Positions 41,829-46,705 of a stretch of 46,705 bases of DNA are shown piece after piece. Source of the stretch: Thiomonas sp. (lineage in GTDB: Bacteria; Pseudomonadota; Gammaproteobacteria; Burkholderiales; Burkholderiaceae_C); assembly GCA_021286835.1 (NCBI GenBank), contig JAJTBQ010000001.1, positions 1-46,705 of the forward strand, given 5' to 3'. Positions within the stretch are counted from its first letter, which is position 1; every line of letters starts with the position of its first letter. The position numbers were made by a program, and so were the translations under genes. The notes under the pieces are model-generated. The model saw only the letters and a list, made by a program, of their open reading frames with translations, had not been told where the DNA came from and did not search any database.

Positions 41829-42398
41829 ATGACCCCATCCACCTCCACGCGCCGCGCCGTGCTCGGCGTTGCAGGCGCCGCGGCACTGCTGCTCGCCGGC
41901 TGCGCCGTGACCGCGCTGCCCGGGCAGTCGCTCACCCTATCTGCGGACGCCAGGTTCGCCGTGCTGCCGCTGAGCAATGCCACCGACGTGCCGCTGGTCG
42001 AGCGCAGGGCGCAGGCCATCGCCGTCTCGCTGCTGCAGCAAAAAGGCCTGCGCGAGGTGGTGGTCTATCCGCAGAAGGCGGGCGACAACCCCCTTGAGGC
42101 CGAGCCCGCCGTGACCGCCACCCAGGCCTTGGCCTGGGCCAGGCAGCAAGGCGCCCGCTACGCCCTGTCGGGCACGGTCACCGAGTGGCGCTACAAGACC
42201 GGGGTCGACAGCGAGCCCGCCGTGGGCATCACCCTGCAGGTCGCCGACGTGTCCAGCGGACAGGTGATCTGGAGCGCCAGCGGCGGCCGTTCCGGCTGGG
42301 GCTATCAGGCTCTGGCCGCGGTCGGGCAGTCGCAGATCGAATCGCTGCTGCGCGGCATCCGCGTGAGCGCACCAGCCGTCAGCGCCGCCGCCAAGTGA
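41829..42398 (+). CDS. pelC: PelC outer-membrane lipoprotein
   Basis: LLAGC lipobox; LPLSN, GTVTEWRYKTGVDSEPAVG, VIWSASG motifs; AGGAG SD before ATG 41829. Confidence 0.9.
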   Translation: MTPSTSTRRAVLGVAGAAALLLAGCAVTALPGQSLTLSADARFAVLPLSNATDVPLVERRAQAIAVSLLQQKGLREVVVYPQKAGDNPLEAEPAVTATQALAWARQQGARYALSGTVTEWRYKTGVDSEPAVGITLQVADVSSGQVIWSASGGRSGWGYQALAAVGQSQIESLLRGIRVSAPAVSAAAK

Positions 42399-42420
42399 AT
42401 CGGACGGTGTGGATCACGGC

Positions 42421-43914
42421 ATGAAACTCGACAACCTTTCCACCCGCGTCACCCGCCGCATGCGCGGCGAGACGACGCGCTGGCGCTGGCAATGGCTGCG
42501 CTACTGGCGGCCGAACACCGAGTCGGGCCGGTTGATGGCGATGGTCGAAAGCGTGCTGCTGCCCGTGCTGGTGCTTTGGCTGGGCTGGAAGCTGCGGCCC
42601 GACGACCCGCTGGGCGCTCATGCCGGCTTCCCCTGGGCCTGGTTCGGTCCCTGGCTGATCGCGGTGCGCTACGGGGCCGGATACGGGCTGTTCGGCGTCG
42701 CGTTCTACGCGGCATTCTGGAAGTTCGGTCCCCTGCTGTTCGGCACGGTCCCCGCCGAGTCTTTTCCGGCCGAGTTCTTTCTCGGCGGCATGCTGATGAC
42801 CCTGATCCTGGGCGAATTCGGTGCGGCCTTCCGCAACCGGCAGGTGCTGCACCGCGAAGTCACCAAAGACCTCACCGCGCGGCTGGAGCGCACCAAGCGC
42901 CGACTGTTCGTCATCAAGGAGGCGCTCTCCACGCTGGAGCAGGAGCTCACCGACCGCCCCATGACCCTGCGCGACGCCCTGCTCGACCTGCGACGCACCT
43001 TCACTTTCCAGGGCAACCGGCGCGCTTTGCCCGCGCCGGACGCCGTGCCCGGCCTGCCCGCACCGCGTCCTCTGCCCGATCCGCGCGCCTTTCTGCAACT
43101 GCTCAGCCAGTCCTGCCGGCTGGTCGAGGCCGGCATCTTCGTGCGGGAGATCACCCCTCAGGGGCTGCAATGGCGGCTTGCCGCGTCGCTGGGCCAGACC
43201 CTGCCGGCGCTCGATCCCGCCGAGGTGCTGATCAACCGCATTCTGGAGACGCACCAGTCCGTGCACATCGCTCAGACCCACCTCGGCGAAACCGACGGCA
43301 ACCCGTGGGTCTTCGCCGCGCCGCTGCGGCTCGACGAATACGACGAGGTCGATGCCCTGCTGGCCGTGCACACCATGCCGTTCATGTCGTTCGAGGAAAA
43401 CAATCTCCAGCGCCTGCAGGTGCTGTGCGCCTCCTACCTCGATTTCAGCCAGCTCGAACTCAGCGTCGAGGACGTGCGCTCGGCCTGGGTCCAGGCGCCC
43501 ATCAGCCTGCAGCAGGAATGGGCCCAGCTCAGCGAACTGGGTCAGAACTTCAAGCTGCACAGCTATTGCGCCGTATGGAGCGGCCAGGGCCGGGTCAGCG
43601 ACGATGTGCTGGCCGAATTCGCCGGTCTGCAGCCGGTGGAAAGCTCGACCTGGACGCTCAAGGGCCGAGGCGGCAAGCCCGCGCTGGTCGTGCTGCTCCC
43701 CTTGCTGAGTTCGGCCGGTCTGGCGAACTACCGACGCGACATGGTGACCCTGCTGGGGCAGATTCTCGGCCGCAGCAATCAGCGTCCCGATCAGGCCTTC
43801 GATCTGGACTTCCTCGAAGTCGCGGGGCCCAGCGGTTTTCTGGAACTTCGCCGTCTTCTGGCCAGCGCGGCAGCGGATAGACCCTCGACTCCGCCCATGG
43901 CCGAACGTCCATGA
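42421..43914 (+). CDS. pelD: PelD-like inner-membrane protein (TM - GAF - degenerate GGDEF)
   Basis: DDPL...FPW...PWLIAVRYG N-terminal TM region, LRDAL, MPFMSF..ENL, VVLLPL; operon position. Confidence 0.85.
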   Translation: MKLDNLSTRVTRRMRGETTRWRWQWLRYWRPNTESGRLMAMVESVLLPVLVLWLGWKLRPDDPLGAHAGFPWAWFGPWLIAVRYGAGYGLFGVAFYAAFWKFGPLLFGTVPAESFPAEFFLGGMLMTLILGEFGAAFRNRQVLHREVTKDLTARLERTKRRLFVIKEALSTLEQELTDRPMTLRDALLDLRRTFTFQGNRRALPAPDAVPGLPAPRPLPDPRAFLQLLSQSCRLVEAGIFVREITPQGLQWRLAASLGQTLPALDPAEVLINRILETHQSVHIAQTHLGETDGNPWVFAAPLRLDEYDEVDALLAVHTMPFMSFEENNLQRLQVLCASYLDFSQLELSVEDVRSAWVQAPISLQQEWAQLSELGQNFKLHSYCAVWSGQGRVSDDVLAEFAGLQPVESSTWTLKGRGGKPALVVLLPLLSSAGLANYRRDMVTLLGQILGRSNQRPDQAFDLDFLEVAGPSGFLELRRLLASAAADRPSTPPMAERP

Positions 43915-45056
43915 ACCCGCTGTTCTACAAGCTCGGCTCGCTCATCGTTCTGCTCGAATCGATGGCCGCCTGGCTGCTGGTCAGCCGCGACGACATGCAT
44001 CTGCTGCTGTTCTGGCTGGTGCATGGCGCGGCAGCCGTGCTGGTCGGCTTGCTGCTGTGGACCCTGCTGCCCGCCGATCTGCGCAAGCCGCGGCGGCTGT
44101 CGCTCACCCTCCTGGCCTTGCTGGCGTTCTTCTTTCCGGTCGTGGGCGTCTTCGGCCTGCTGATCGCGGCGCGGCTGGCGCAATGGCTGCCCATGCGGCA
44201 CAGGGCGACCGATCATCTGCGCGAGGCGCCGGCCCTCCAGGTGTTCGCCGTGTCGCATATCGATGACGACCAGCGCCGCGACCTGCCCGCGGGCCAGACC
44301 GCCCGCATCGCCCGCGACCAGAGCCAGCCCCAGGCCCAGCGCATCCGCGCCGTGCTCGCGCTGCGCGAGATGTCGCCGCGCATGACGCTGCCGGTGCTGC
44401 GCAAGCTGCTGTCCGATCCCGATGAGGAAATCCGTCTGCTCGCCTACGGCATCAGCAACACCTGGGAACAACGGCTCACCGACAGCCTGCAGGACGCCTT
44501 GCGCGAAGTCGAGACCGTGCGGCACTCCGCCTCCGGTGGTGCCGCGCTCGCCCGTGCCGCGCAGCGCGTGGCCGAACTGCAGATGGAATTCATCTACCAG
44601 GGTCTGGCCCAAGGCGATCTGCGCGACTTCGCCCTGGAGCAGGCCCTGCACTACTGCCGCATCGCCCGGCAGGCGCTGCCCCAGGATACGGGCCTGCAGA
44701 TGATGTTTCTGCGACTGTCGCTGGCCGCCGGAAAGACGCAGGACGCACGCGAGGTGCTGCAAAACCTCATGGCCGAAGGCGCCAGCCCCACGCTGTGGCG
44801 GCCCTACGCCGCCGAGCTGGAATGGGCTCTGCGGCAATTCGACCGCATCGGCGAAGCCCTTGAACCCCTAGGCACGCGACAAGTTGCACCCAGGCTGCGC
44901 CCGGTGGTTCGCGTCTGGCAGACCCCGCTGCAAGATCGCAGAGAGCCGGTGATCTCCGACGCCCCGTCGGTGCAGCGCCCAGGCGATGCCACGCGGCCTG
45001 CCGAGACCCCCGCGCCCGCGCCACTGAGCGACACCGATCGCCTGCTGTTGAGCTGA
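43911..45056 (+). CDS. pelE: PelE membrane/TPR-like protein
   Basis: N-terminal TMs, L.DPDEEIRLLAYG and EFIYQGLAQGD motifs; ATGA overlap with pelD. Confidence 0.88.
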   Translation: MNPLFYKLGSLIVLLESMAAWLLVSRDDMHLLLFWLVHGAAAVLVGLLLWTLLPADLRKPRRLSLTLLALLAFFFPVVGVFGLLIAARLAQWLPMRHRATDHLREAPALQVFAVSHIDDDQRRDLPAGQTARIARDQSQPQAQRIRAVLALREMSPRMTLPVLRKLLSDPDEEIRLLAYGISNTWEQRLTDSLQDALREVETVRHSASGGAALARAAQRVAELQMEFIYQGLAQGDLRDFALEQALHYCRIARQALPQDTGLQMMFLRLSLAAGKTQDAREVLQNLMAEGASPTLWRPYAAELEWALRQFDRIGEALEPLGTRQVAPRLRPVVRVWQTPLQDRREPVISDAPSVQRPGDATRPAETPAPAPLSDTDRLLLS

Positions 45057-45075
45057 ACCTCCCAAACCGCTGACC

Positions 45076-46705
45076 ATGATGGCCCCCCACTTCTCCGACA
45101 CGCAGCCCGCAGCCTATGAATCCTCGGCCGACGTGGACGTCATGCTGCTGCTCGAAGGCACCTACCCCTACGTCTCGGGCGGCGTGTCGAGCTGGGTGCA
45201 CCAGATCGTCAGCGGTTTTCCGCACCTTCGGTTTCATCTGGTCTTCCTCGGCTCTCGCGAGGAAGACTATGGCAAGCCCCGCTACGCGATGCCACCCAAT
45301 GTGGTCGGGCTCACCCATCATTACCTCTTCAGCGATGCCGTACTGCCCACCGCGCACGAAGAGCGCGGCGACGCCCGCACCGCCGAACTGGTGGAAAACC
45401 TGCACACCCTGATCCGCGATGGCCACGACACGGCCAGCCGCGCCGAAGTGCTGCGCGCCAGCCTGCAAGCCATGCAGGACAAGCTCGATCTGCGCTACTT
45501 CCTGCACTCGCACCAGTCGTGGGCTTACCTCACCGCGCAGTACCAACTGCGCTGCACCGACCCTTCCTTCGTCGACTACTTCTGGACGGTGCGCACCATG
45601 CACACCCCCATCTGGACCCTGGCCACCCTGGCCCGGGAGTTGCCGCGCGCCAAGGTCTATCACACCGTCTCCACCGGGTATGCCGGGTATCTGGGCGCCG
45701 TGCTCTCGCGGCTGTACGACAAGCCGCTGATCCTGTCGGAGCACGGCATCTACACCAAGGAGCGTCGCATCGACCTGTTCTCGGCCAACTGGATCAGCGA
45801 CAACACCCCGGTGCTCGAGCGCACCGCGGGCGAAGCGGGCTACTTCCGCCAGCTCTGGATCAGGCTGTTCGAATCGCTGGGCCGCATGTGCTACGACGCC
45901 GCCGATCCGGTGATCGCGCTCTACGAAACCAACCGTCTGCGCCAGATGGCCGACGGCGCCAACCCGATCACCACCTGCTGCATCGCCAACGGCATCAACG
46001 TGCCGCCCTTCGCCGCGACCCGCGCCCTGCGCCCGGCGCAGCCGCCGCTGGTGATGTGCCTCATCGGCCGGGTGGTGCCCATCAAGGACATCAAGACCTT
46101 CATCCGCGCCGTGCGCGTGGCCAGCAACCGCCTGCCCGGCCTCCAGGGCTGGATCGCCGGCCCCGAAGACGAACACCCGGACTATGCCCGCGAATGCCGC
46201 GAGCTCGCCGACAGCCTGCAACTGGGCGACACCCTGCAGTTTCTCGGCTTCCAGAAACTCACCGAACTCATGCCCAAGATCGGGCTGGTGGTGCTGTCCT
46301 CCATCAGCGAGGCGCTGCCGCTGGTCATGCTCGAAGGCTATGCCGGCGGCGTGCCCTCGGTGACCACCGACGTCGGCTCCTGCCGTCAGCTCATCTACGG
46401 CCTGGGCGAGGAAGACGAAGCGCTGGGCGCCTCCGGTGCCGTGGTCGGCATCGCCGACGCGCAGGGGCTGGGCGAAGCCTGCGCCGAACTGCTGGGCGAC
46501 GCCGACCGCTGGCAGGCCGCCAGCGCGGCGGGCATCGCCCGGGTCGAACGCTACTACACCCAGCCCATCATGTTCGACAACTACCGAGCCGTCTACGACG
46601 ACGCCCTGCAGCGCAGCGCCGCCCGCACCGCGGGCCTGCACGATTCGGTCGGCGCCGTGGCCACCTGGCTGCGCGGCGAACCGCCACTCGATGAACCCGC
46701 CGACG
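45076..46705 (+). CDS. pelF: PelF GT4 glycosyltransferase (3' end beyond the window; absent from the ORF track)
   Basis: Translated by hand: LLLEGTYPYVSGGVSSWVHQ, STGYAG, LSEHGIYTKER, GRVVPIKDIKTFIRA, SISEALPLVMLE (EX7E); no stop codon before the window end. Confidence 0.93.
   Translation, partial: MMAPHFSDTQPAAYESSADVDVMLLLEGTYPYVSGGVSSWVHQIVSGFPHLRFHLVFLGSREEDYGKPRYAMPPNVVGLTHHYLFSDAVLPTAHEERGDARTAELVENLHTLIRDGHDTASRAEVLRASLQAMQDKLDLRYFLHSHQSWAYLTAQYQLRCTDPSFVDYFWTVRTMHTPIWTLATLARELPRAKVYHTVSTGYAGYLGAVLSRLYDKPLILSEHGIYTKERRIDLFSANWISDNTPVLERTAGEAGYFRQLWIRLFESLGRMCYDAADPVIALYETNRLRQMADGANPITTCCIANGINVPPFAATRALRPAQPPLVMCLIGRVVPIKDIKTFIRAVRVASNRLPGLQGWIAGPEDEHPDYARECRELADSLQLGDTLQFLGFQKLTELMPKIGLVVLSSISEALPLVMLEGYAGGVPSVTTDVGSCRQLIYGLGEEDEALGASGAVVGIADAQGLGEACAELLGDADRWQAASAAGIARVERYYTQPIMFDNYRAVYDDALQRSAARTAGLHDSVGAVATWLRGEPPLDEPAD

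Overview
GC-rich betaproteobacterial (Burkholderiales-type; gene content and order suggest a Thiomonas/Comamonadaceae-like organism, which is inference) chromosomal segment made mostly of core genes: grpE-dnaK-dnaJ, frameshifted prfB, pepN, fbp, tRNA-Thr(CGT), an orphan chemoreceptor, uvrD, guaC, an MFS transporter, lapA-lapB-hldA-hldD, amn, purM, AI-2E transporter-hda-HAD-pcnB-folK, the rpsP-rimM-trmD-rplS cluster, a Nudix CoA pyrophosphatase, a CobD/CbiB-like protein, htpG and tatD. It ends in a Pel exopolysaccharide operon (pelABCDE and a pelF that runs off the window). No integrase, transposase, prophage or CRISPR array was seen. The most unusual signals are (i) a Pel system whose PelD appears to lack the canonical c-di-GMP-binding residues, with a CRP-like box upstream, a Cys-rich PelA N-terminus and a twin-arginine PelC; (ii) a 166-bp CTAG-flanked whole-length palindrome (MITE/ERIC-like) after guaC and a second ~97-nt long hairpin before the htpG terminator; and (iii) several structured leaders (guaC terminator-like leader, chemoreceptor leader with operator and occluded SD, rpsP and rplS leaders). 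Start codons were re-assigned by eye and all protein identifications rest on recognised motifs, not database searches.
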